Positions 1-10,519 of a stretch of 64,000 bases of DNA are shown here, piece by piece. This DNA is from a virus. Both the position numbers and the translations under genes were made by a program. How positions within the stretch are numbered: the stretch's first letter is position 1; every line of letters starts with the position of its first letter. A model generated the notes under the pieces. The model did not search any database. It was not told the origin of the DNA and saw nothing but the letters and a program-made list of their open reading frames with translations. The stretch is taken from IMG/VR virus record IMGVR_UViG_3300049846_002100, positions 1 to 64,000 of that record, one strand, 5' to 3'.

Positions 1-531
1 CGTAAACGTGACCGTGATCGTATCGTTAGTGAGAAGGGTTCGCTGCGTGAAGTTGATCTCGTGGATCATGCGGCCCGAGGTCGGGTCGTCGAAGAGCGCC
101 GTCTTCTGAACCGCCTGCGACGAACCTGTGAATGTGAACGTGCGGGCGATCGTTGTCTGGTTGCCAGAACCCGTGGGGAGGGTCACGGTGCCCTGTGCTC
201 GACCGAGGCCCGGTGCGCCGGCGTTCGTCAACTCGTTCGTCAGGGTGGTGTCGCTGTTCGATGCCGCCGTTGCGTCGTTCGTGAGAGCGATATAGTTCAG
301 CCCCACGTTCGACACGACGGGGGAGGCCGCCGAGCGCTGCGAAGACGTGCCGTACACGTACGTGTGAAGACCGACGCGGCCGGCGTTCGTAATGACGTTC
401 CAGTATTCCTCGGCGTCGAGCTGCGCGTCGACGGGACGGAAGACGTAGATGCCGCGCTTCTCGTCGTAGTCGTAGGCCCTCTGGTGGCTGATCGCGAGTC
501 GGGCACGGGCGGGGTACATTTCTCCGAGCAT
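1..531 (-). CDS. Tail-collar/baseplate-associated structural protein (3' end runs off the window)
   Basis: Not in the ORF track. Read by hand: MLGEMYPARARLAISHQ...NVITNAGR...YIALTND...DTTLTNEL...ALFDDPTSGRMIHEINFTQRTLLTNDTITVTFT. GAGGAG RBS upstream. The pattern resembles phage tail-collar fibre-like proteins. Confidence 0.65.
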   Translation of the reverse strand, partial: MLGEMYPARARLAISHQRAYDYDEKRGIYVFRPVDAQLDAEEYWNVITNAGRVGLHTYVYGTSSQRSAASPVVSNVGLNYIALTNDATAASNSDTTLTNELTNAGAPGLGRAQGTVTLPTGSGNQTTIARTFTFTGSSQAVQKTALFDDPTSGRMIHEINFTQRTLLTNDTITVTFT

Positions 532-557
532 GGGCGTCTCCTCGTTCAGAAGACCCT

Positions 558-570
558 GATAAAAGCGTTA
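558..570 (-). promoter_or_regulatory. Putative late-type promoter motif TAACGCTTTTATC
   Basis: Recurring motif upstream of several genes (see findings). Confidence 0.45.
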
Positions 571-613
571 GCTAGGAAGACCTGCTCTTCCAGGCGCAAA
601 GCTCTCACGCGGG

Positions 614-1684
614 TCAGAAGTCGTTGCTGTGATCCTCATCCTCAACAACCTGCGCCTCCTTGTTGCCCAGGCGGTCGATATCTCTGAGACCGCCCCAGTA
701 GGAGCGAAAGTCATCGTAATAATAGGTACTTAGAGCCCACTTCATCGTGTCCAGGACACGGCCGATGGTGTCGTTGGGCAGGTAGCGGTCGGTGAAGATG
801 TACCGGACCCTGAAAAGGGTGTGGGCCGGGCGAATGATGTCCAGCAAGATGCGCGTGGCAGAATCGAGCGAGAACACGTCCGCTGGAAACGAGACGGGCG
901 GCGTCTCCTCCTTCCAACCGATGGAACCATTGTTCGCGTCGTTCGCGACAGCACTCGCGTTCTGGATCTTCACTGAGGAGGGGGTCAAAAACTGCGTGAC
1001 CTCGAACGTCCCATTGTTCGCCGACGAGGCCGCATTGCTGATCACGAGCCGGCGTCCGACTGAGTTGGTGCTCATGCTCGTCAAGCCGGTGACGGTGATG
1101 AGGTCGCCGTCCGTCGTCGTCAGACTGGCACCAGACCCTACTTGAATGGTCCCGCCTCCCACCGTCACATCGATCTGAAATCCGAACTGGTCCGAGATGT
1201 CGTATCCGGAGGCCCCCTCCCGAATACGAAGGAAATTCTCCGTGATCTTGACCGTCCCCGAGTAGAAGAGCTGAACAGCGTCACGCATCGACTTCGGAAC
1301 GGACCCCTGGAAGTAGATGCGGACGAGATCCAGCAAGAACTTCCGGAACTCCGAGTCATCGAAGGCCAGCGGCGGCAGGCGGCCATTCAAGAGGAGAAGA
1401 TAGCCCAACATCGAGTAGAGGAAGTCCGGCCGCGTCGTCGGGAAGGAGCGATCTGTGTCCACGTCCTCCAAGGCCAGCTCGATACGCGCCAGCTCGACAG
1501 CCACCGCCTTCATCTCGTTCGTGTAGTTCGGGCCTTGAACGAGTGAGACGTAGTTCGAGGGCAGAAGCCCTAGAAGCGTGTTGAAGATGGACTGCGCCCG
1601 CCCAATGAGTCGAAGGTTGTATTCCTTGCCGGTCTGCGTGACCGTGAAATTAAGTCGGTTTGGATCCGTGACGAACCTGGGCAT
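614..1684 (-). CDS. Baseplate wedge protein (P2 gpI / Mu gp48-like)
   Basis: Follows the gpJ-like gene. FRKFLLDLVRIYFQGS and IIRPAHT motifs are typical of gpI-like wedge subunits. Confidence 0.6.
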   Translation of the reverse strand: MPRFVTDPNRLNFTVTQTGKEYNLRLIGRAQSIFNTLLGLLPSNYVSLVQGPNYTNEMKAVAVELARIELALEDVDTDRSFPTTRPDFLYSMLGYLLLLNGRLPPLAFDDSEFRKFLLDLVRIYFQGSVPKSMRDAVQLFYSGTVKITENFLRIREGASGYDISDQFGFQIDVTVGGGTIQVGSGASLTTTDGDLITVTGLTSMSTNSVGRRLVISNAASSANNGTFEVTQFLTPSSVKIQNASAVANDANNGSIGWKEETPPVSFPADVFSLDSATRILLDIIRPAHTLFRVRYIFTDRYLPNDTIGRVLDTMKWALSTYYYDDFRSYWGGLRDIDRLGNKEAQVVEDEDHSNDF

Positions 1685-1685
1685 T

Positions 1686-2528
1686 TTAAAACACCCCCGC
1701 TTGCTTCGCTTCGAGAATCCTTGCGTGCACTAAATGACGGCAGACACATAGGCGTTTCGCAATCGCTCGTTGACTTAAGCCTGTACGCATCAGGCTCAAC
1801 ACGGTTTCCATGGGTACATCATGTCGATAGGCCCTTGCTGTTCGGCCTGTCCTACCGCGAAGTTTCTCGGCGGCCCTAGGGCACTTCTTCTTTGGCCTTG
1901 TGATGGCTAGTCCGTCTCTTCGTGCTGCTACGAGTCGCTTTGAAATCGTTCCGACAGCAGTACCCAATTCTTGAGCAATCTGCTTTCTTGTAGCCCCTTC
2001 CGAGACTCGCTGAAGAATGACAGCCGTTGAGATGTTACATCGGAAGGGGCGGCTTCTCTCCCCGAATTTCCCGCGTAATGAGGCGCTTATTTTTTCCCTA
2101 GCTTCATGTGATTGCTGGGTGCCTTTTCGGGAACCTGGACGCCCCTTCTTCGCGAGCGACATTTTTTCTCTGGTCTCACCGCTGCATCGGCGACCACTCT
2201 GACCAAGACCTCCGTTTGTGTGGTTCGTCAGATTCGCCCCCGCACTGCGCGCAGTAGCGATCTCCTTTACCTCAAGACGATCCAATTCTTCTCTGGAGAA
2301 TGCAGTGCCAAGCTCCCTAATGATCGGACGGAGCCCTGACCGCCGCAATGATGCAAGCCAATGTGCTGAGTGGTGTGATCTAGCAAGGTTCTTCAAGGTA
2401 AGGTGCGCCTTGAGACGAACTTCGAGGGTTCTGACTGTTTGACCAACATACCGAAGAGCACCCTCACGTGGATCATACAATCCGTAGACACGACCAAAAA
2501 GCGTTGGGTCCTTGGTGAAGCGAGCCAT
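1686..2528 (-). mobile_element. GIY-YIG homing endonuclease with NUMOD3-like repeats and C-terminal HTH, apparently intact
   Basis: VYGLYD...YVGQT...R...H, E, NLTN; ETREKMS/EAREKIS repeats; AT-richer than its flanks; start overlaps the gpJ stop (TAATG). Confidence 0.85.
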
Positions 2529-5500
2529 TACGCCGTCCTGAACGTGATGGTGAAGCCGCCAAGGGCGATGGTTTCAACGTCAGAAGCCGTGATGTCGTGC
2601 GCCCCACTGTCCCCACGAATGATGTAGCTCGCAGCGTACTTGTGTTTCGTCGGTTCATCAGGCGGGGTGCCCGCACCTGAAAGCGAAACAACGAGGTGAT
2701 TCGCAGTTCGGCGGAGCCTCTCGACCTCCCGATCCACCATCGTCAAAAAGCCCGCGTTGGTCAGTGTCGTGTCGTCCGAGTACCCTTGGATGATGGCACC
2801 ACCCGAACCGATGATGAAGGCTTGGTGGGCAAGTGAGCACACGGATGCAAGAGTGGGTGAGATGCTCATGGCTTCATCATCCTGAAAGACACCCTTGTGC
2901 TCTGTTGACTGCCCGCCCCCATCCGTCGTCGGATACTGCAACGGGTTGGACAACAAGTACGCGCGGTTCGCCCCAAGGTCGAGAGACCCTACTCTCGTGT
3001 ACGTCGAGAGCACTGTCTCCCTGAGCTTCCTTGACCCGTCCGTATACGCCAGCCGTGCGTACGGCACCGGGGAGAAGTCCACACCCTCCGTGCTGTCGAC
3101 GGTGCGTATCACGTCCGATTGAGCGAGACCTTGCCCGATCGTCTTCTTATCCAGCTCAGTGCTCACATTGGAGCGAATCGCTGGATCGACACGATCCTTG
3201 GACGCACCCTTGGTGAGCTGAACGGTGTTTTCGATGTCGATCTTGTTCTCCACGGACTGCTTGACCAACACGTCCGCTGTGGTGTGTCTCCGAGCGTCAA
3301 CGGTCTGCTGAAGCTCCTGTAACACGTCGTTGATCACGTAGGTGACCGTAAAGTTCTCGTCGTGTACATAGTCAACGGAGACCTCCTCGCCGTTTCGAAT
3401 CGCGGAGGAGGCCGTCCGAACAATCTTTACCGGCGTAGTGGCCGTTCCGTCGATGATCTCGAAGTCGGGAACTGCTGCTGTCGGGCCGTCGTACTCGACG
3501 GCCCGGTCCGCAGAGAACACACGAATGGTCTTCGTGTTGATGCCGATCGAGTTGAGTGGCTCCTGCACGAAGCCGATGAGCACATGCGACTCCGCGCTGA
3601 CGGAGATGCTGTCACCGCTCGGGATGTTGTTGATCTGATTGATCGCGAGGTAGTCCTTCGCGATCGTGCTCTCTCCCGTAAGAAGAGGATCGTCGGTCTT
3701 GTAGAGGTTGTACCCGAGAGTGGGGTCCAACGCTCCCGAGACCTCGCCGACGACAGAGACAACCCTTCGGACCGGCTGCAACGTGAACCTGAATTGGTTC
3801 ACGGCGCGGAAGCGGTAGTCTGCAACAATCACGTCATCGGTTGACGTTGCCGGTTGAGGGACGGCCGTGCTGAGCTGGAAGGTGCGGTAGTCGACAAGGG
3901 ACACGCCCGTAAGGTCATAGTCCTGGCCGATTGTTGTGTTCCGAACGCCGAGCCCCTGACTCAGGTTGTTGAGCATCTCTACGATGGGCGTGTCCGGCGT
4001 GACGCGGGAGTCCAATACCCTGAACGTAAGCGTCGGGATGTCGATGACTTGGCAGACGATGTCCTTGGCAACATCGAAGGTGAACGCGAATCGCTCAGAG
4101 ACCTGGCGTTCCCGAAGGCCCTGAACCCAAATGTCGACCTTCCCTCCGATATGCTTGCGGCGAACGTCGTCGTAATCACGCATCATAAGCGGGTCACCGC
4201 TCTTGACGATCTTCGCCTTGATGATTCCGACTTGCTCGGCGGCTGTCGAAGCGTACCCGCCTTCCGTGCCGGTATCCACCGAAGCAAACGCCAACATAGA
4301 CCTCGCAGCAAGGTCTGCGTTGGACTCTCGATTCGTGCCAAAAACCGTGGCAGAGGTGTTCGTCACGAACACGCCGGCGATGCCAGAGATGTTCTTGATG
4401 GTACCGGCGGGGCGGTTCCCCGCCTCCCCAACGGTCTCGGCGACGATGTCGACCGTGATCTCGTATCGCTTCGTGTCGAAGTTGAAGAACGCGTCTGCAC
4501 TAGCTGCCGGGAGGACATACGACCCGCCGATGCGGAACCGCACCGAAGGGAGGTTGTTCGACGTATCTGCATCCGTGGACACGAAGGTGCCCGCCGGGAT
4601 GGTAATGTTCGTTGACGGACGGGTAGGGGTGTAGACGACCGCCTGCCCGACCGCGGCCCTACCCGGCAACCTGGCCTTGTTGACGTTCGCTGCGAGCTTC
4701 TCGAACTGTTGATCGATGAGGGTTTGAACCGCATCATCGTTCGAGAAGCCTAAAGCCGCCTTGAGTGCCTGTTTATAGGCGCTTCCCGCGACCGGATCTG
4801 AGATGCCGTTACCGTCAGCATCGTCGATCTGAAGGAGCGTGAGGAAGCTGCCGCTTCGGTGAACGAAGTCGACGATGAACCAGAGGCGCTCCGCTTCACT
4901 CGCAAATGGGTCCACGCTCACATCGCGAGTGGTCGATCCCGGGATGAGACTGATCTCCCGGTTGACGATGAGCACCTGCCGGAGGTACTCCTTGGTCACG
5001 TCCAAGCTCGTCCGCGTAGGCAAGTCACGCACGGCAGTGTCGATGATCAACGGCAGGCCAACCACCTCTTGGGAGTAGCCGGTCTCAACCTCTTCGTTCG
5101 TCACCGGGTCGTAGTAGACGCCCGTGACCACGTAGTAGAGCGGGCTGGTGTCATCGACAGACGCGAACTGGTCAGCGTTGATTGTATTGGGACCACCGCT
5201 GCGGAAGTGTCTGAACGAAACGAACTCTGTCAGCCTGAAGCTCTCAACCGTGCTCTTAAACCGCAGTGACCCTGTGAGAGCTACGGTGCTGTAGCGTTGA
5301 TTCAAGCGAGTGGCGGTCACTACCTCGAAGTCATCATCTTCGATGACTTGGATGCGGACGCCCGTCCCTGTGGGCTGCGTCCACGTAGTCGTGTCCTCGA
5401 AAACCGTGAAGATCGACTCCTCGTACACGGACGAGGCGAGGACTGGCTTCTCGTTGATTTTGATGTACCCCGTCGTACCCCCCGAGGGAGAATCCGAGGC

Positions 5501-5989
5501 GTAGAAGTTGAACCCGATGAGCGTTGTCGTGGAGGGTTGGACAACGGCCACACCGCTCGACGTGGTCACGATGGGAGCCGGCTTCGCCACCAAGAGATCC
5601 ACAGCTTCCCGGCGCCGTCGAACGCGAACCCCCGAGGGGATCTCTGCGACAACATCACGGAGGCTTTGAACACGCGTGATTGTTGCTGTTGAGGGGGCGC
5701 TGACACTACCGACGATGTCGACGGTGCGAATGGCGACCGTGTTGAGACCGATGTCCAGAGGCAACCCTGAGGGGTGCGCCGATGGGTTCGGCAACGTGAA
5801 GGTTTGGAGATCGAGTCGGACAAGATTCGCGTCGGAGACGAACGGCCCACCGTTGATCGAGACCTGGACATCCGCCGTGTCGACCGAGATCGTGCCCTCA
5901 AGGACCACGAAGTCCTGATTGGTCGTGAAGACCAGACTTTGCGTAAAGCCGCTGCCGTCTCGGAGCTTGATTTGGGGTGCCGTCGCCAT
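2528..5989 (-). CDS. Baseplate wedge protein, gpJ / T4 gp6-like (1153 aa)
   Basis: IPAGTFVST, AETVGEAGN, GTNRESNADL, GGKVDIWV motifs; position in the tail operon. Confidence 0.85.
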   Translation of the reverse strand: MATAPQIKLRDGSGFTQSLVFTTNQDFVVLEGTISVDTADVQVSINGGPFVSDANLVRLDLQTFTLPNPSAHPSGLPLDIGLNTVAIRTVDIVGSVSAPSTATITRVQSLRDVVAEIPSGVRVRRRREAVDLLVAKPAPIVTTSSGVAVVQPSTTTLIGFNFYASDSPSGGTTGYIKINEKPVLASSVYEESIFTVFEDTTTWTQPTGTGVRIQVIEDDDFEVVTATRLNQRYSTVALTGSLRFKSTVESFRLTEFVSFRHFRSGGPNTINADQFASVDDTSPLYYVVTGVYYDPVTNEEVETGYSQEVVGLPLIIDTAVRDLPTRTSLDVTKEYLRQVLIVNREISLIPGSTTRDVSVDPFASEAERLWFIVDFVHRSGSFLTLLQIDDADGNGISDPVAGSAYKQALKAALGFSNDDAVQTLIDQQFEKLAANVNKARLPGRAAVGQAVVYTPTRPSTNITIPAGTFVSTDADTSNNLPSVRFRIGGSYVLPAASADAFFNFDTKRYEITVDIVAETVGEAGNRPAGTIKNISGIAGVFVTNTSATVFGTNRESNADLAARSMLAFASVDTGTEGGYASTAAEQVGIIKAKIVKSGDPLMMRDYDDVRRKHIGGKVDIWVQGLRERQVSERFAFTFDVAKDIVCQVIDIPTLTFRVLDSRVTPDTPIVEMLNNLSQGLGVRNTTIGQDYDLTGVSLVDYRTFQLSTAVPQPATSTDDVIVADYRFRAVNQFRFTLQPVRRVVSVVGEVSGALDPTLGYNLYKTDDPLLTGESTIAKDYLAINQINNIPSGDSISVSAESHVLIGFVQEPLNSIGINTKTIRVFSADRAVEYDGPTAAVPDFEIIDGTATTPVKIVRTASSAIRNGEEVSVDYVHDENFTVTYVINDVLQELQQTVDARRHTTADVLVKQSVENKIDIENTVQLTKGASKDRVDPAIRSNVSTELDKKTIGQGLAQSDVIRTVDSTEGVDFSPVPYARLAYTDGSRKLRETVLSTYTRVGSLDLGANRAYLLSNPLQYPTTDGGGQSTEHKGVFQDDEAMSISPTLASVCSLAHQAFIIGSGGAIIQGYSDDTTLTNAGFLTMVDREVERLRRTANHLVVSLSGAGTPPDEPTKHKYAASYIIRGDSGAHDITASDVETIALGGFTITFRTA

Positions 5990-6001
5990 CTCGTGGGCCT
6001 T

Positions 6002-7141
6002 TTACTGGACGAGGACGTAATCGGTCAGGGAGCTGCGAAAAGTACCCTGAGCCGCCTTCGGTTCAACGAGATCGATCGGCACAGGGAATCGGACGCCTCG
6101 TTCGACAACCACGGGCTCCGTCGACCTGTTTTGAATCGTGACGCGAACGAAGAGGATTGTGGGATCCTGGTTGTGCGGCAGGAGGGACACCTCTTGGAGG
6201 GCAAAAGGGAACTCCTTGTCCGAAACCTGTTGGTTGACCTCGTCTTCTTGCTTCCGTTTCACCGCCTGCCAGCGGCGAAACGCTTGTTGAATGTCGCTGA
6301 CGATGAAGTTCTGGATGAACCCGGTCGTCGTGAGCTTCTGCCCCACTACATCGAGCAAGTCGGCCCCAATCCAGTTGTGGAAGGGGTTCGATGCCCGGCG
6401 CGTGTAGATCATCTTCTGAACTTCTTGGATGAGGAGGGCTTCATCCCGGACTTGGACAACCTCGCCGTTACCCCCGTACCGCCAGTCATGCTCAACCCCG
6501 ACGCCCCCGCACCGACGACATTCTTCTCGGACCGTGTTGTAGTTGATCTCAACGAAGTCCTGGTAGCCTTTGAGCGGCTGGTCAAAGAGGATAGACCTGT
6601 GAGGTCGATCAGAAAGGGTGGTGGGGTCGTTGACGAGAGTCCAACCAGGGAGGACATCACGACCCCGGTATTCCTTGTTGATCGCGATGCCCGCCGTCGA
6701 GAGGAACGTGCTCGCGGAGGACACGAACACGCACGCTGAGAGGCCCGAAGCCATCGTCCGCATAAACAAGCGCTGGCCGGACGACGCGAAGAACATACCT
6801 TGGACAGACCGATTCAAGATGTCCACGACCTGTGCAGCCGTGATGTCTTTTGCCGCCGGAAGCGTCACCGTCTGGTAGCTGCCCACCCCTACCTTGAGCA
6901 CGATTTTGTCGTTGACGCCGGCCTGAATAGTGTACGGCCCGGAACGACTTCCCGTGACTTGTGCAGGCGATTTGACGCCGGGGGAAGGAATGTCGACAGC
7001 GCCATTAAGCCGCACGGCGACCGAGGACGCCGTGGCAATAGGCCGTATGGGGCGCACGGTCATGTTGTCGTCGTCCAGGAAGAGTGCTTCCTGAAGAACG
7101 ATGTGCGGACACATCTGGTCGATCTGACGATCGTAGCTCAC
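6002..7141 (-). CDS. Baseplate protein with C-terminal gp25-like (sheath initiator) domain
   Basis: LIQEVQKMIYTRRASNPFHNWIGADL resembles the gp25/GPW fold; CRRCGG motif; immediately upstream of the gpJ-like gene. Confidence 0.7.
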   Translation of the reverse strand: MSYDRQIDQMCPHIVLQEALFLDDDNMTVRPIRPIATASSVAVRLNGAVDIPSPGVKSPAQVTGSRSGPYTIQAGVNDKIVLKVGVGSYQTVTLPAAKDITAAQVVDILNRSVQGMFFASSGQRLFMRTMASGLSACVFVSSASTFLSTAGIAINKEYRGRDVLPGWTLVNDPTTLSDRPHRSILFDQPLKGYQDFVEINYNTVREECRRCGGVGVEHDWRYGGNGEVVQVRDEALLIQEVQKMIYTRRASNPFHNWIGADLLDVVGQKLTTTGFIQNFIVSDIQQAFRRWQAVKRKQEDEVNQQVSDKEFPFALQEVSLLPHNQDPTILFVRVTIQNRSTEPVVVERGVRFPVPIDLVEPKAAQGTFRSSLTDYVLVQ

Positions 7142-7878
7142 GTCGTGCCCCCCTTGGACCCGGGCTCCTGCACGCCGCTGTACCCACGCTGAAAGGTTTG
7201 CGCCTCGCTCCCCTTAGGACCGGGCTCGTAAGCCGCGAACGGAGCATGACCCTTCTTGTTGAACGCATCCCCACCTTTCGGGGTAGCGCGGTAGTTTGGA
7301 TCGTCGATGAGCTGCTGCACCCCATTGATGATGGAATCAAGCGATCCGCGAACCTCTTCTCCGAGGTCGATCTTCCTGAGCAAAGCAATTTCATCTTGAA
7401 GCTGATCCACGTAGTCCAACATTCGCCGGATTTTTCGCTCTAGGTACTCTCGACGATAATCAAGAGTATCCTGCATCCAGGCCCTCATCTGTTGCACGTA
7501 GGCAGCCGACGGTGCATCCGCCTTCCCGGGCGCACCTAAAACTTCGCCGTTCGAGAGCATCTGCGCTGGTGCAGTCTCGTCGGTGCGGAGCAAGAAAACA
7601 GGTTGGCTGGAGCTGCGGACGTTGAGATCGTACTCAGAGTCCCCACCCAGAGCCTCGTATGCTGCAAAGAGGCGGGCCACATAAGAGGTGGTAGGCGAGA
7701 CGGTACTCCCTTTCGGGATACCCCCGCTATCATACGAGAACGAGAGGACTCCGATGCGCTCGACCTCGGCCTCCAAATGCTGGATCCGGGCCTTGATGTC
7801 TTTGCGTTGATCGGTGGCGAACTTCGCCAGCCGATCGAATTGCGCTTGGTTAAACGTTCCAAGCCAGTCGAAGGCCAT
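7138..7878 (-). CDS. Hypothetical coiled-coil virion protein (start MAFDWLG)
   Basis: Coupled ORF in the tail operon with heptad-like segments; ATG at 7878 follows the HEG stop. Confidence 0.6.
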   Translation of the reverse strand: MAFDWLGTFNQAQFDRLAKFATDQRKDIKARIQHLEAEVERIGVLSFSYDSGGIPKGSTVSPTTSYVARLFAAYEALGGDSEYDLNVRSSSQPVFLLRTDETAPAQMLSNGEVLGAPGKADAPSAAYVQQMRAWMQDTLDYRREYLERKIRRMLDYVDQLQDEIALLRKIDLGEEVRGSLDSIINGVQQLIDDPNYRATPKGGDAFNKKGHAPFAAYEPGPKGSEAQTFQRGYSGVQEPGSKGGTT

Positions 7879-7879
7879 C

Positions 7880-8281
7880 TCAACCAACCTTTCGAGTATG
7901 CTTGGCTAAGTATCGAATAGCGGCCGCCAAGATGTTGGGATCGTCTTTTGCGAACCCCAACATCTTGTTGCATGCCCCGCAGAGCGAGCCTCGCATTTCA
8001 CCTGTGATGTGATCGTGGTCTAAGGCACTCTTCCCTGTCCCACGTTGAAGCGAAGCGTTACAAATGTCGCAACGGCGCCCCGAAAATTCAACCACGACTC
8101 CGCAACGCCTTCTTTGGATTGCACACGTCCTGCACAGACCGTAACGCCTGTTGTGAACCGGCAGACTCGGGTGGCAACTCGCCGGTGCGTGCTTGCTCAC
8201 CCGCATCTGCTTATAGCAGGCCCCGCATAACCCCTTTGCATACAAGGGTCGGTCAGGGTGGCAGGTGACAAAGGTTGGCAT
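7880..8281 (-). mobile_element. Endonuclease VII-family (His-Me) homing endonuclease
   Basis: CDIC...LDHDHITGEMRGSLCGACNKMLGFAKDDP...AAIRYL signature. Confidence 0.85.
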
Positions 8282-8312
8282 GTCTTCTCCAGTAACTAGG
8301 GCAACAAGATGC

Positions 8313-10514
8313 TTATCCGCCGAAGATGAGCTTCAGGGGGGTGATAAGCGGTCCGATGTCGGGCGCCACATACGCGATGGCCACGCCACACGTGAAACCA
8401 CCCGGACCCGACGGAGGCTTGGTACCTCCGGCCGTGTCAATGAGCTGGAACCACTGGCTCACGTCCCCGCTCGTCTCTTGGAGGAAGAGGGTGTACGCCC
8501 CGATCTGAAGGCTGAGGACGAAGTCCAGGAGAGAAATCAGGTATTGGATGAACCTCTCCAAGATGTCGATCTTCCGGATCAACAGATCGATGAAGGCAAT
8601 GATCTCATCCATGACCCCCTTGAACGCGTCCACAAGGGCTTGGATCTTGGCGATGAGGTCGTAGAGGATCTTGGCCGACCACGGGATGACATCACGGAGC
8701 AGGCTGATCCGGACCCAGTCCGGCGGAACTCCCCCGAGCGTGAAGCTCGTGACGAAGTTCACGGCGAAGAGGACGTTCTTGCGGAAGATCGCGTCTGCAT
8801 ACGCGTCCCCATACCTCACGGAGCCCGCGTAGGAGACAGTCCCGTCCGGCTGGACCTCGACGAGCGTCTTACAGAGCTTCTCGATCGTTTGCGAGTTCTC
8901 GAAGCCCTTGATTGAGACGCCTCCGGAGGGAAGTGGCCCCTGCATCATCGTACGGAACGACTCGATCGTCCCGGTCCCGTTCTCCAGCAACGCGGAAGCG
9001 ACAGTGTTCGTCAGACGCGCTGCTTGCCGACGCACGGACCCAATCTGCCACGGATGCTCCAGAGGCTTCCCGTTGATCGGATTGCGCCCAAACTGTGAGG
9101 GGTCTGCTTCGGCCGGGGAGAGCGCCTTCGCGGCAGACTTCCCGAAGAAGGGTAGATTCGTGAGGCCGCCGATGCCCGAAGCCTGTTTCACCAGGGAGCC
9201 CTTGCCGATTGACGCTGCCGTGGTCGGCGCAATTGGATCACCGTTGCCGTCGAGCTTCTCGTTCGGGCTCAACGGCAGGTGGAAGTTCAAGGAGAACGCG
9301 GTCTGGAAGAGAGCCGTGAGTGCGCCAATCACATCGAAGTTTGCGGGAATCTTCGCGAGCCTCGCAGTCACGATACCCGAACCTCGACCCATGGTTGGCG
9401 GGTGCGCATCATCTGATCCGGGCCACTTGATGATCCATGTATCCGAGTTGGGGTCCTTTCTCTTGGGCGTGTCGAACTCAACTGTAGTGCCGTCGATTTT
9501 GAGGTCCCCACTAAAAGCACGAACACGATAACGGTAAACCTTGTCGAACTGAACGTCCTTGTCGATGTACCTGAACTTCCCGAGCTGACCGAGGATGAAC
9601 GTTGACGTGTTCGAGTCGGTGGAGACGACCGTGTACTTCTGGAACTTGATGAATGGGTCTCCGTACTCATCCGTGACACGCACCGTCCGCTTCAGCTTCT
9701 TGCCGGGCTTTCCGTTGGCTTCGAAGTCCGTTGTGTAGTTGATCGTCACGATGCCGGCCGCATCCGCAACGAGCAGTTGATCGATATCGATCTCATTGGT
9801 TACCGGAATCTCCGCTCGTTCGATGAGGAACTTTGGCGGAATGATCTCCGTCCCAACGGTCACGATGAGATCACTGAACCCTGGATCCGGGGGCTGTTGA
9901 TTTGTTGGGAGCGACCACTCGACAGCGATCGCCTTGGGTTGGTCCGTGAAGACCTTGGCCAAGGCCAGGATGGGGTCACCCTTCGACCCAACGGGGAGCG
10001 CTTTCACGTTCGCTGGCGGGCCATATTGGGGCGATAACAGCTCCTTCCCGAAGAAGCGGAGCAACGTCCGGATCAGTCGAAGCAGGGTGAAGGCGTTATC
10101 GGAGTCAACCGCGAAGAGAAGGAACCCACTCTTCGTGAGTCCCGAGACCGGCTGAGGACGATTCGGGTCCTTGCCGTCGACGAGAGAGCCCTTGAAGCGC
10201 TGGATGAAGGCAGGGTAGCCGCCGGTTTGGCGGAGGAGGTTCGGATCTTTGACCGGGTCCGGGATGTCGTAGTAGCCGTAGAAGCCTGTCTTCTTCAAGC
10301 TCTCGAAGAGGTCGAGGATCTGCTTGATTAGGATCTCGACGAGCGCCTTGATCGGGTTGCCGAAGTCGATCAGGAAGATTTTGACGGTTTCCAGAATCGT
10401 CTTCAGGATCTCCAGGAAGATCAGGAGGGTTTCGAGGATACCTCGAACGCCCTCCAGTAGGTCTTGCGCCGGGATCTGGAAGCCGAAGGATCGCCACGTG
10501 AGATTCGATGCCAT
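8313..10514 (-). CDS. Structural protein (733 aa) with FN3-like middle and amphipathic termini
   Basis: YIDKDVQFDKVYRYRVRAF is FN3-like; Ile/Leu-rich helices at both ends; operon context. Confidence 0.6.
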   Translation of the reverse strand: MASNLTWRSFGFQIPAQDLLEGVRGILETLLIFLEILKTILETVKIFLIDFGNPIKALVEILIKQILDLFESLKKTGFYGYYDIPDPVKDPNLLRQTGGYPAFIQRFKGSLVDGKDPNRPQPVSGLTKSGFLLFAVDSDNAFTLLRLIRTLLRFFGKELLSPQYGPPANVKALPVGSKGDPILALAKVFTDQPKAIAVEWSLPTNQQPPDPGFSDLIVTVGTEIIPPKFLIERAEIPVTNEIDIDQLLVADAAGIVTINYTTDFEANGKPGKKLKRTVRVTDEYGDPFIKFQKYTVVSTDSNTSTFILGQLGKFRYIDKDVQFDKVYRYRVRAFSGDLKIDGTTVEFDTPKRKDPNSDTWIIKWPGSDDAHPPTMGRGSGIVTARLAKIPANFDVIGALTALFQTAFSLNFHLPLSPNEKLDGNGDPIAPTTAASIGKGSLVKQASGIGGLTNLPFFGKSAAKALSPAEADPSQFGRNPINGKPLEHPWQIGSVRRQAARLTNTVASALLENGTGTIESFRTMMQGPLPSGGVSIKGFENSQTIEKLCKTLVEVQPDGTVSYAGSVRYGDAYADAIFRKNVLFAVNFVTSFTLGGVPPDWVRISLLRDVIPWSAKILYDLIAKIQALVDAFKGVMDEIIAFIDLLIRKIDILERFIQYLISLLDFVLSLQIGAYTLFLQETSGDVSQWFQLIDTAGGTKPPSGPGGFTCGVAIAYVAPDIGPLITPLKLIFGG

Positions 10515-10519
10515 CTACC

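Noticed and set aside
7860-8281. EndoVII HEG start MPTF as a stub of the downstream MAFDW
   Set aside because: The match is too short to distinguish from chance.
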